A stretch of 61,412 nt of DNA, filler included, from Hausera hauseri (Eukaryota): assembly GCA_046269625.1 (NCBI GenBank). It is 11 parts of 11 records of this genome, joined end to end, with 100 filler letters (N's around TTAATTAATTAA, not from the genome) between each part and the next. Parts side by side here need not be neighbours in the genome. Positions count along the whole stretch, not along the records: positions 32,987 to 39,082 come from JBJURY010141427.1; positions 39,183 to 46,671 come from JBJURY010011678.1; positions 46,772 to 51,281 come from JBJURY010548119.1; 8 more parts are not named here. One strand, given 5' to 3'. Positions 38,101-49,079 of the stretch are shown piece by piece. The translations under genes were made by a program, and so were the position numbers. The notes under the pieces were generated by a model. It did not search any database. It saw only the letters and a program-made list of their open reading frames with translations, and was not told the origin of the DNA. Every line of letters starts with the position of its first letter. The stretch's first letter is position 1.

Positions 38101-39082
38101 GGCTGCTCAGTAACCAAACAATCTTCATCAGTGCATGTCCCAGATTCACTCTCCTAAAGACGTAATATTATATTTTTGAACAAACAAAAATGTAATACTT
38201 TTAGAAACTTATATGTATAATCTTAAAAATAAAATAATGAAGGATATTAAACACATTATGGAATAGCTTACAGTCAATGTGCCAATACATCCTTCCACAT
38301 GCAACAGCAATAGTTGCAAAGGCATTTGGCTGCCACATGTAATGCATTTTGATTGTGGCATCTTGGCAAACTCTAATGAATCATAGGAAAGTGGTTCAGT
38401 CGAAAGCTTTTCCTGTAGTGGAACTACAAATAGAATGTTTTTCCCATTGTTTGATGCTGATTTAAGAAGTTTTGTGGAGTAACCCTCAGCCTCAGTTGGA
38501 ACTATGGACAGCCTGCGTCGTCCACTACCACCTATTTGAAATAAAAATAAGTAAATACTATAAACCATGCACTTTCAAAATGAATTAGTATTTGAAGTTA
38601 TATCTTATCATGCAAAAAGTCATAGTTCTCTCCTATACTACTAGAATTGATGGTGTAAATATTGATTAAAAGTCAGATATTGCAACATGTCTGAGGTTTT
38701 GAATTTGAAAAATATGAAAACTTTTTTACTTCAATAATTTAGAAAAAAATGTCACCTGCAGACTTGAAAAACATCCATCCTCCTTGTAAGCTCTTCAATT
38801 TAGGAAATTCCTCCTCGAGCAGAGCCACAATCTAAAATAATAATAATAACAATAATAATAATAATAATAATTCTGATTAGTTTGTATCTGTGTACATACA
38901 GACACACATTTTATTTTTATAAAATGTGAAAAAAAAACCTCAAACCACAAAAAAAAAAATCCACATAAACCCCATACAAAACATGTTCTACTACATTTTG
39001 ATTACCTCATCATGTTTCAAATGGTCTGGCATACTTAACATCCTCTTTCCAAGGCCAGCATGGGCAAGTTCTAGCTCTTCAG
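35188..39082 (-). CDS. Multi-exon HECT-domain / G2E3-like protein gene with a UBZ-like zinc finger (partial, about 12 exons; teleost-type)
   Basis: Exons with GT-AG-type boundaries encode LELAHAGLGKR, EEEFPKLKSLQGGWMFFKSAGGSGRRRL, CPICLVQFPSDVISAHASTC, DAAVGDGVNRH, FEMAGRMMGHCFLHGG and QMRKGIKETGIWRLI. No catalytic HECT C-lobe is seen. Confidence 0.7.
35358..35560 (+). mobile_element. Degenerate tRNA-derived SINE fragment in an intron
   Basis: GGTTCAATCCC B-box followed by TCAGTCGTTGAGTCTTTGAGAAAGAGATTTCAC, resembling the GTGTCCTTGGGCAAGACACTT core of fish SINEs. Confidence 0.45.
38836..38872. repeat. (AAT)n microsatellite
   Basis: Read directly; one interruption. Confidence 0.9.
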
Positions 39083-39182
39083 NNNNNNNNNNNNNNNNNN
39101 NNNNNNNNNNNNNNNNNNNNNNNNNNTTAATTAATTAANNNNNNNNNNNNNNNNNNNNNNNNNNNNNNNNNNNNNNNNNNNN
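39083..39182. other. Artificial contig spacer
   Basis: N44-TTAATTAATTAA-N44. Confidence 0.98.
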
Positions 39183-40479
39183 ATGCAGTATGTTAGCAAT
39201 ACAAATGCAATACCACGTAATACATAATCACAGATTCATACATGTGTGTTTTACCTTGCTTTTTGTTTAAATTAATCAGTTGTCAAAATATAAGTTCATG
39301 CAATTGATGCATTAAAACAAAAATGCATTGTTAGAAATACTGTGGTTGTATGTATTTGATAGTGCACCATGAACCAGACCTGTAAAAATTTAGAGACTAC
39401 AGAGAACGTAAAATTCATCACTTCATTTTGTTGGTGCATGGAAACAGCTTTCAGTACATTCCAATGCACCAACAATGCATTTTTGAAATTTGATAGTTCG
39501 CCATGTGTGAAGTACTTCGCCAGTAAAAATATGCCCATTCGCATTAACATTTGTACAATTTTCCAAAAAAACAAAAGTTGTTTTTGGTTAAAATTTATTT
39601 CTAAACTTTGAATAAAAAACTTTTTATTCAACTGAGTTATCGTGTACTTAAAACAATTAATACATTATTTTATTAAATATCACGTCCAGGTCTTGTACAT
39701 ACCCCCCCGCGACTGCTTTACGTCATTATCAGTTGACCACATTCACAAACAGCTTGAATAATCAATAAAGAAAAATTAGTTTTCCTTAACATTAAACTAC
39801 CATCAGAGGACAATTTCGACAACATTATTACAACTGTTATAATTCGTCTATTTATTATATCATGGGCAAATTATTTGGTAAGCAAGTGGAGTAAACAAGA
39901 AAATAAACGGTAAATCCGAATTGAATAAATAGGGTTCAGTAATTGCCTGGGATTCACAATTTCTAAAAATTATCTTAATCGTGCTCCACAAAGAAAGATC
40001 ACAAGTTTTTGAACTTTTATCAGTTGAAAATAAATGTGTCTCTGCTGAAGTCAATTAAAACGTAGTATCATTTGAGCCAAGAAAAATAATCAATCAATAG
40101 AATATAAAATTGTATCGCCTTCACAGCACACAGTACAAATATACCAATCAAAAACATTGCTGCCATTTATTTGACCGATACTATTAAATGCACGGAAAAC
40201 GGCTTTTGGTATTTTTGAACGTTTAAAGGTTATAACATTTTCAATGAGCGTAAAGTTATCTGATAACAACTCAGCATTTTGTAGTAATTTTTCTTTAACT
40301 TACATCGTCGAGTTAGGTAACAATAAATTTGTTGCCAGAGGCTTGTTTCGGTAATCTAATCGACAATTCGAGAAAGGTTTGCGCTTCATCGTAAATAACT
40401 TTGCGCACTTTTGTTGGATTAGACTGAATATCATCGTCTGGCATTCTTTTATTGAATTATTTCAGTTTTTAAGGCAGGA

Positions 40480-43400
40480 AATCGGGGCCTGCCTATGTGC
40501 CCGACATACCGGCAGCAGAAAACCCGGCCGTGCCCAACCAAATGGGCCGGGGGGTGACGATCGATGCGGGCACTACATCATCCCCCCCGTGGCAAAGTTG
40601 AAACTACAAAGAACAAAAGATAGAGAGAAAAAAGCGCAAAACAAAAAATGTGTGTGTTAGTTAAGCTTAGTGTGTATAAGGCGTTAAATACCTTCGACTG
40701 ATTTTTCCCTACTATATTGGCTGAATGTGACTCTGCGTGTTTTGTGTTTGTGCAATGTGTTTGTTTGCAGAGATCGAGATTGGAGAAATATGTTAGATTT
40801 TGGTGTAGGTGTTGTGTCGTGCGAAGATGAAGGAGAAGTTGAAGAAGGTGAAGAGGAAGGTGAAAAGGAAGAGTGATTGTTGAAGATGTAGGGTTAAAGG
40901 TATTGAAGAGTGTTAGAAGACGAAGGAGTGATAAAAGGTGTAGTGGTGGATAAAGGAAGAGAAGAAAAAGTTGGGATAAAGATTGGAGTTGTGTTGCGTG
41001 AAAGAGTGGAAGAAGAAGATGATACAGGAGGAGTGGTAGAGGTAGGATGAGTGGTAGGAATAGAAGGAGGAAGTGTAAAAAATGGTGGAGCAAGACTTGG
41101 CGCGGGAGAGGAAGGTGGAAGTGGTGTAGCAATAGATGTAGTGGCAGCAGAGAGTGGAGGAGTATGAAAAAAGTTTGGCGTGTCGGTTGGTAAGGTGTCA
41201 TCGACAAAAAAAGCTGGTTTTAGGTTGGTGATGTGTACTGTGAAGTCTTTGCCGTGCTCGGATATGATGGCGTTATGCGAGTGCAACTGTATAAGTTTAT
41301 AGGGCCCCAGATACCGTGGCTGGAAACCGCAAGGAGCTTGATTCTTTAGCCATACGAATCTTTGTGAAGTATCCTGCAAAACGCATCTTTGCTGACCTCG
41401 ACGAAGTGATTTTGTGCCGCCCGTATCGTCTCGTCTGTGGGAATGTCGTCTAAGGTGGTTAGGTCGAATAATGAGCGGACAGGAGCTTCAAATAAGGCTT
41501 CAGTAGGTGAGTATCCTATAGAGATGGGCGGAGTGTTCCGCCTGCCAAGCAGAACGAACCAAAGAAGATTAGTCCAACTACTGTTGGACTCTGCAAGAAT
41601 TCTAAGTAATGTTTCAGTGTGCGGTTAAAGCTTTCTAAGAGGCCATTCGATTGGGGATGAAAAGGCGTAGTATGAACGTGGTGAATCCCAAATTGGTTAA
41701 CAAGGGATTTGAACAAGTTGGATTCAAATTGTGGACCTTCGTCCGTAATGATGAAGCGAGGTGATCCAAACCTGCTAATCCATGTGCGAATGAAAACGTC
41801 AGCTATGGTGTCGGTGTTTGTGCTCCGCAGAGGGATTGCTTCTGGCCATCGCGAGGAACGATCCATCATGGTGAGGATGAATTGATAACCGTTGTCTGGA
41901 GGAACAGGGCCAACAATATCGATATGCACGGACTCGAAACGCGATGTGCAGGGAAAGTGGAACAGTGGTAGCTTGAAATGCTTAACTGTTTTGTATTTTT
42001 GGCGTGCCACACACTCCGTTACCCATGCCTGCACATCAGAACGCATTGAGGGCCATATTACTTGTCGATGGAGGAGACGAAAAGTGGCTTTAGCACCAGG
42101 ATGATGTAATAAATGCACGTTGTGAAATGTTTGCCTTTGCAATGAAGGTGCTAGAATTATTACTGGGTGGCCTGATTTGGAGATGTCTAAAGCCACGCCG
42201 TCAACGGTTGTGCAAGATTTAAAAGACTTAAGCATGTCTGGAGGTGGCTGGTTCTGCTGAAGTTATTCTTGCGTAAAGATCGGAGAAAAATTAATCGAAC
42301 TAACCGACCTCGATAAAAAATCAGTAACTAAATTGTTAACTCCGTTAATATGTTTAATATCAAAATTAAATTTCGGCAAGTATAATAATTGCATTTCTTG
42401 ACGTGTGGAAGGGTGTTTCATGGGCGTGATATTAGTTAAAGGCTTTTAGTCACTTTTTAGAGTGAAATGATGAGCGACGAGTAAGTGTGAGAAATGTTTG
42501 AGGATAAGAACGATTGCCAATAGTTCTCGATCGAACGTGGAATACCTGGTTTCAGGTGCGGTTAGTTTGCGAGAGAAAAATTCCAGTGGTTGGTTTTCTC
42601 CCTTGTAGATTTGGTACAGCACAGCGCCTACTGCGGTGGTTGAGGTGTCTGTAGTGAGGATAAGTTCTGCATCAGGTTTGGAAAAGGCTAGAATATCTAC
42701 GGTTTTGACGCCGTCACGTAGTTTGTCGAATTTGTAAACCAATTCAGGTGTACATTGGATTTGTTGATGTTTTTTGCCGCCACTTAGATGTGCGAATAGA
42801 GCTGTCAATTCCGAGAAATATAGCACATATTTATGTAAAAAGTGGAGTGTGCCAAGAAAGCTACGCATTTCGGTGATCGTACGTGGCAACTGAATGTTTT
42901 TAAGAGCTTCGACTCGGTCTAATTGGGGGAATGGCCTTCTGGTGTAATAACGTGGCCTAAAAAGTTAATGCGTTTTTTGAAAAATTGGCATTTGTCAAGA
43001 TTGATTTGTAGATTATGGTGGTGGAGACGTTGAAATATTGCGCGAAAGTGTTCTTTGTGTTGTTTGGCCGAAGATGAAACGACTAGGATGTTGTGGATAT
43101 AAGGGTGTGCAAACGGGAAATCAGAAAGAATGGAATCAACGTGCCGCTAAAAAGTTTGTGCAGCATTCCGCAAACCGAATGGCGTAAATAGATATTCGTA
43201 TAGGCCAAAAGGAGTAGTTACTGCGGTTTTTTTAATGTCTTCGGGTGCTATCGGTATTTGATGGCATGCTTTAGCTAGATCAATTGTTGAATAAATGGTG
43301 GTTGAATTAAGGCGATGCAAGATATCCTTGACGAATGGTAAAGGATATTCGTCCATGATAGTCAAGTTATTCAGCTGCCGGTAGTTAACGCATGGTCCAA

Positions 43401-45830
43401 AGGTACCGTCCATTTTTGTACGACGTGTAACGGTGATGACCAAAGAGATTTGGAACGGCGTGCGATGCCGAAACGTTCGAGCTCAATAAATTCGGCTTCT
43501 ACGGCCTGTCTACAACGAGGTGACAGAGGTCGTACATTTTGGCGTATTGGACGTTGGTTCTGTGTGACTATGTATTGCAAAGTGTTGTTTGGGGGAGTAA
43601 AGGAACGGTCTTTTTAAGTACGCGTGGACAACATATGTTGACGAACTGCTGTAAAGTTGTAGGTAACTGTGAAAATTTGGTGAAAGTGGTGGAGCTGTTT
43701 GAGTGGTAGCAGAAGCAATTTGTGAGTTGTTAAGTAATGTACAGTTACGTGGTATTTGGTGCAAGATTGTTGAATTGAAAATGGTGTTGGCTGAAGTATT
43801 TTCGTCGAATGAGTGGACGTTGGTAGCAATACCACAATTGTCGACATTGAACTTCGATCGAATGTCAGTATTATTGTTTAAAAATTTACTAATAGAATTA
43901 TTAAGAAAATTTGAATTAATCGTTGATTTTTTTAAGATAAATTTCCGCCCCACCGTCGACTGCACGGTAGTCAAAACGCTATTTACATGTCCAGAAATGT
44001 CGCCAACAGTACCTTTCCTTAAACATCGCTGGCTGCAGTCAACCAGTAGGCTATAGTGTGAGAGAAAATCAGATCCTAGGATTGCCGACTGGACGTTAGC
44101 GACTGTGAACGACCAGCGGAAAGATGTAGAAAAATTTGGTAATGTGAAAGACAGTGTAGCCGTGCCCGAGATGTGCAGCGGCTGGCCTGAAGCAGTATAT
44201 AAAGGCTTCAGTTTTTATGGAGAATTTTGTGTAGGAAAGGTTTGCGGTAATAGAGAAATTGCTGCCCCTGTATCAATAAGGAAGTCAAGAGATTGAGTTG
44301 TATGGGCAGTGATTGCAGCCTTTAGCGTGAATACTGCAAAAGAGATGTGTCGGCGGTCAGAATGTGAAAGAGTGCCTTTGCCAGAGTTTGCCGTGACCTC
44401 TGGCGACGAAGTTAGTATTTTTGAAAAGATGAACTGGAATGACTGTGAGAAGTGAAGGTAGTACGTCCGTCGTTCGTGTTGCATTTGAAGGTACAGCCGG
44501 TGATACATTTACGTGCTTGATTTTTGAATCTTGCATGGTAAATGCAGAAAACGGTGTCCGAGGTAAACTTCTGGTTATAAAATTGGCAACCGAGGCAGCA
44601 TTTCTGAGCATTAGTGTTGAATCTACTGTGGTAATAGCAGATCGACGAACGTGCAGGTGATGGTGAGCGGTTTCGTGACGTAGAACGGGTACGCGAAGCG
44701 GCAAAACCCCCTCGTCAGGACAAAGACAATTCATTTAATTTATTATTTATGTTGTTGATAGTTGCCTGCAATGCAATATTTTCAGCACGTAGCTGATTAA
44801 GCTGCTGTTCTATGGACGTGTTAGTTGTTTGTATGTCGCTTGCGGCAACTGCTGCTGAAACTACTGGTTGCGAGTTTATGTGTAAGACATCGTATGTCCT
44901 ATCTGCCAATTTGGCCAATTTTTCAAGATGCGTGGAGTCTCCCACCACGGTAAGAAGGGCCCGGATTTGGATAGGTAGGGCATGCAGAAAATAATGGCGT
45001 AGAAAATCCGGGTTATGTTCCTTAGTGACGCCAAGAGTATGCAAGTGTGCTAACGAGGTGTGTAAGAAGTCACTGGGTTTTTGTATGCCCAGTGCATTTT
45101 CGGTAAAGAAACCCTGCATTATGGAGTCAATGGAAGGTTCGGTCTGTTTTAATACAGCGTCAAATAATTGGGTATAAGGGTCAGGGTGATGGAAGATGTC
45201 AAGTAAGTTATGGATTGAGGCTTTTATGGAATTTTAGAGAAGATAGAGTAAGCTATGGGCTTTAGATAAGGGGTCTGTGATACCATTAGACTGTAGCCAG
45301 AGTTGGTGGAATTGAAGCCAAGTTTTACTGGACTTTATTACCTATGAAGTAGTCGGTACAATGTGTAGAAGTATGAACTGGGTTTTTGTCGGAAGAGTTT
45401 GTGTCGGTTAAAATCGGTGGATGATTTGGTTTGGTGTAGTAGAGGATGGTTATTGGCTTTTTTGTGGTGGTTGTATCCGTGGTGTCAGTGATTGGTGGAG
45501 AGTTCATTCCAACACGGATAAGGGGAGTATGTTGAAGCAAGCATGATTTGAAAAAGAAGGTAAAGTTTCATTGAGGTGTATAATAGCGCCGTTTAGAGTG
45601 AGATAGAAGTTTCAAGAACCAAGGGACGAAGAAATACGGGTCTGAAGGGTGGGAATGTGTGAGTGTGTAGTATGGAGGGTATATATGTGAATGTTGTTAT
45701 AAAAAAAGTAAACGAAGGTGGGAGCAGTGGTGCGCCTGGGGCCTGACTTGGGGCCAACGCCGAAGGCGCCATCCGACCAACCGACGCAAGGTTGGCGGCC
45801 GGAACCTCCGCCCCGCACGGCCGGCATGAA
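40480..45830 (-). mobile_element. Near full-length decayed Ty3/Gypsy family-2 element (gag-PR-RT-RH-IN)
   Basis: gag LGIQKPSDFL..LEKLAKLADR plus two CxYHxRF..KC..C knuckles; protease FLIDTGAAISLLP; RT TIDLAKACHQIP..PFGLRNAAQTF; RNase H LTTDTS..FDRELLAI; integrase VHIDIVGP..ITDEGPQF..HPQSNGLLE; PPT (40581-40588) followed by LTR start TGATGTAGT at 40580. Confidence 0.93.
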
Positions 45831-45969
45831 AATGCAGGGTGCCCGAGTTTCCCCTCGAAGCGCGCAATATCGGGATGTTATCTGGTATAGATATTTGGGA
45901 TATTTGATGAAAGATTGGAATTCTGTCAGAAATTTGATAAAAATGCGAATAATTTGTAGTTGGTTTCAT

Positions 45970-46495
45970 TAATCCACATCGCATAATACCAGTAATTTCC
46001 TTAAGACCATCTACATTATTTTCTAAGCATTTTGCATCTCCAAAGTCACCAAGTTTTGCGCGGCACATATTGGTATCCTCGACCTTTACTAAAGATATAT
46101 TATCGGGTTTGATATCACTATGAACAATTTGACTGTCATGTGAATATACAAAAGCCTTTAAAACCTGTTCTTTCCATTGTCTAATGATAAAATCTTGGAT
46201 ATCTCGTATAGTTATTTCGGGTAGCAAACCACTATCGCAGTGTTCGGTAAATATTCGAACCTGACTGAGACTGATATCAACGCCATAATATTTGATAAAT
46301 GACGAATGATTTAATATACAGAGGATGTCGTATTCGAATGAGTTATGAGTATAAGGTTTAATGATAACAACTTCTTTCATGGCTATTATTTTCATCGTAT
46401 CCAAGTTGCATACTTTAAAAACCTTACCGTATCGACCTTGTCCGATAAAACTTGTCTTAACCCATTGAAACGGTACTCGTTTAACGTAATGTAAT
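45970..46495 (-). pseudogene. MAP3K4: MAP3K4/MEKK4-like Ser/Thr kinase fragment (subdomains I-VII), intronless
   Basis: KRVPFQWVKTSFIGQGRYGKV..IIAMKEV..YYGVDI..IFTEHCDSG..IVHSDIKPDNI..KLGDFG..LENN closely follows MEKK4. HRD is changed to HSD and the fragment stops after DFG. Confidence 0.75.
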
Positions 46496-46561
46496 TTATC
46501 CGTTTCGCTACTAGAACAGTACCAGTTTTGAACAGTACCCGTCAGCTTATGAACAAGACAT

Positions 46562-46671
46562 GTTCTCTTTCTTTTATCCTTTATAGTTCTAACTTTGCCA
46601 CGGGGGGGGTGATGTTGTGATCGCGACGACTGTTGTCCTCCGGCCCATTCGGTTGGGCACGGCCGGGTTTT
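46562..46671 (+). repeat. 3' leader, PPT and LTR start of another family-2 copy (inverted relative to 40519-40630)
   Basis: AACTTTGCCACGGGGGGGG-TGATG..CGGCCCATTCGGTTGGGCACGGCCGGGTTTT matches the reverse complement of 40519-40600. Confidence 0.85.
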
Positions 46672-46771
46672 NNNNNNNNNNNNNNNNNNNNNNNNNNNNN
46701 NNNNNNNNNNNNNNNTTAATTAATTAANNNNNNNNNNNNNNNNNNNNNNNNNNNNNNNNNNNNNNNNNNNN
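46672..46771. other. Artificial contig spacer
   Basis: N44-TTAATTAATTAA-N44. Confidence 0.98.
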
Positions 46772-47680
46772 CGAAATCACAAAGAGAGGCTTCACGAAAT
46801 TTTGGAATTTCATAAATCTTCCATTAACAGAATTTTGAAAGAAAGCATTTTAAAGCCATTCAAATTTACAACTGATGAACACCTGAAAGATGATGACAAA
46901 CCCGAGTGCACTCAGTTTTGCCAACTTGTAATTAAAAATAACTTACGAAAAAGACGGAGTTATAAAAATTGTGTTACACTTGAATGGTTTGAAAATTCAC
47001 CACAATTGTTTTTATTGTTGCGAACAAAACGAATTTAGGGAAAACAGTTCATGAAAAATGAAATCATAGTCAAATAACACTCTGGGCAATCGACCAAATA
47101 ATTCAAGAAACAATGAATGGAAAAGATATGCAGACATTTTGAGTGAAGTTGTTATACCTACCATGACATAAATCAGATATATTCATCATTATTTTCAACA
47201 AGACGGTGTCCCTCCGCACTTTTCTTTGATATTCAGAGAGCTATTGCTTCAAATTTACATAATCGTTGGATAGGAAGAATGGGATCAATACAGTGGCCAC
47301 TGCGTAGTCCCGATTTGTCTATAAACGACTTTTGGTTATGGTGGTATATGCGCGATAAAGTTTATGAATATCCCCAAGCTACAACAATTGAGGAACTAAT
47401 TCAACGCATGGAAAAAAATTTGCTACTATTAACCTGAGGATGGTGAAAAATGCCTTCAAAAGCTTTGTTAAAAGGTGTAAGTTATACATCGCCTATAACG
47501 GTAATCATTTTGAAAAATATTTATAGCCATAATCACCATCAATTATTAATTAAATAAAGATATTATTGGATGGAGAAGTCTTCCCAAATTACCACCGAAA
47601 TAAATTAAAATAACAAGCCTTCTTAATTATCAATCATAAATTATGACAATAAAAATTGCGGGATCAGCTGGATCACCCTG
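46772..47680 (+). mobile_element. Tc1/mariner-superfamily transposon of DD41D (rosa-like) type, 3' part
   Basis: FQQDGVPPH..RWIGRMGSIQWPLRSPDLSINDFWLW. The spacing between the last two catalytic Asp codons is 122 nt (41 codons minus 1 nt). Ends ..CACCCTG followed by TA (47681-47682). Confidence 0.88.
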
Positions 47681-47756
47681 TACATTAACGTAATATTTCT
47701 GCACGTAGTTCATTTTCACAATTCTATCTCGTTATTTGAGTTGTTTAAAACGCCAT

Positions 47757-48650
47757 AATCTGTCGGCATACGATGATGATCCGGATAGATTAAATGAATT
47801 CTTGAGAACGTACAAAATGCACGCGGAAGGTGCCAGTCTTACCCCTGAAGTAATGATCAAACGTTTGTCGTTATATTTGAAGAATTTGGCCGCCGATGCT
47901 TATAGCGAGCTTACTAATGATGAGAAATCTTGGTCCTCCCTGGTAGGAGCAGTGAACCGAAAATTATTGCTGACAGTAACGCCATAACAGAAACTTATGG
48001 CATTTCAGAATAGGGTACAACAGAAGGGTAAATCAGTAACCCAGTTTGCATTTGCATTGAAGAAACTCGCTAATAGTTATATAAGCACATTGAGAATAGC
48101 TAATGTAGCCAAAGCTAAAACCGACGCTGAACGAGAGCTTGCAGAGAAAGCATCCCCACCAGATTTGGACGTCATGATGACGGCAAATTGGTTCACGGAA
48201 TCTGGTCCCGAGATTTAGTAAAACAGTTGATTTTGGCCAGGCCCGAAAATTTTGAGGGCTTTGCAGCTGGCCCAAACTTGAAAATGGCACTTGATAGATA
48301 TGCCAGCCGCAATGATAGAAATGGCAGAAATCATGACAGAAACGACCGTAGTCGTAACGATAATCGCGGAAGGGGCGATAGGCGATTGAATGGTAACAGA
48401 AATTATGAGAATAGAAATAGTAACGACTGCAGGAACAGTAGGAACAATAGTTATGCCAATGATAGAAATATGAATAAGTCGAATCCCAGTATGGATACAA
48501 ATCGATAGAGCCATAAAGGCTCTAATTACCAGAACCGTTATAAAGATAATCGAAATAGTGACAGTCGACGGAATATAAGTAGTACACAAGGTTCGTCGAA
48601 CCAATACAATAGGGATTTAAACAGATCAAAGTCGCCTGTAAATGAAGATG
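47757..48650 (+). pseudogene. gag: Family-1 gag, second copy, with an Arg/Asn/Asp-rich C-terminus
   Basis: Close protein match to 6476-7160 (LNEFLRTYKMHAE, QQKGKSVTQFAFALKKLANSY, WSRDLVKQLILARPENFE). Confidence 0.88.
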
Positions 48651-49079
48651 GTTGACAGAGTGGGTCGAAATAGAAATTTAGTTTGCTTTACCTTAAGTTT
48701 GCTTTAGTTAAGCTCAGACACTATTAACTGCGTTAGAAACTAACCATAGGTTGAAAAGAGTAGTTCGTAATTTAGAACACATGACGAATGGAATCAGATG
48801 CGCAATGATAAATCGGCTTAAAGAGAAACCGGTTAATCATCGAAGCAACATTGATTTAGAAATATTGGGTATAGACCACCACTTTAATGGAAATGATAAA
48901 AATTGCTTTCGCAGTACCAAAACGTTATACAAACTTAGAGGATCGTATTAAAATTGAAAATAAAAAGAAATCACAGATCTACAGTTTAAGGAATCGGATT
49001 ATGTTTGTAAATAATGAAGAGACAAGATACAAAATAAAGACTCGTATTTTGAAATTTGACGAATAAACGGATGAATTTA

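Noticed and set aside
40578-41207. 209-aa Leu/His/Pro-rich ORF as a membrane protein or env
   Set aside because: It is an alternative frame of the low-complexity C/T-rich tail after the family-2 integrase, and the composition is explained by nucleotide bias.
45697-46404. Intact 235-aa protein kinase gene
   Set aside because: The ORF omits the Gly-rich loop encoded upstream, has HSD for HRD, lacks subdomains VIII-XI and ends in LTR-derived sequence.
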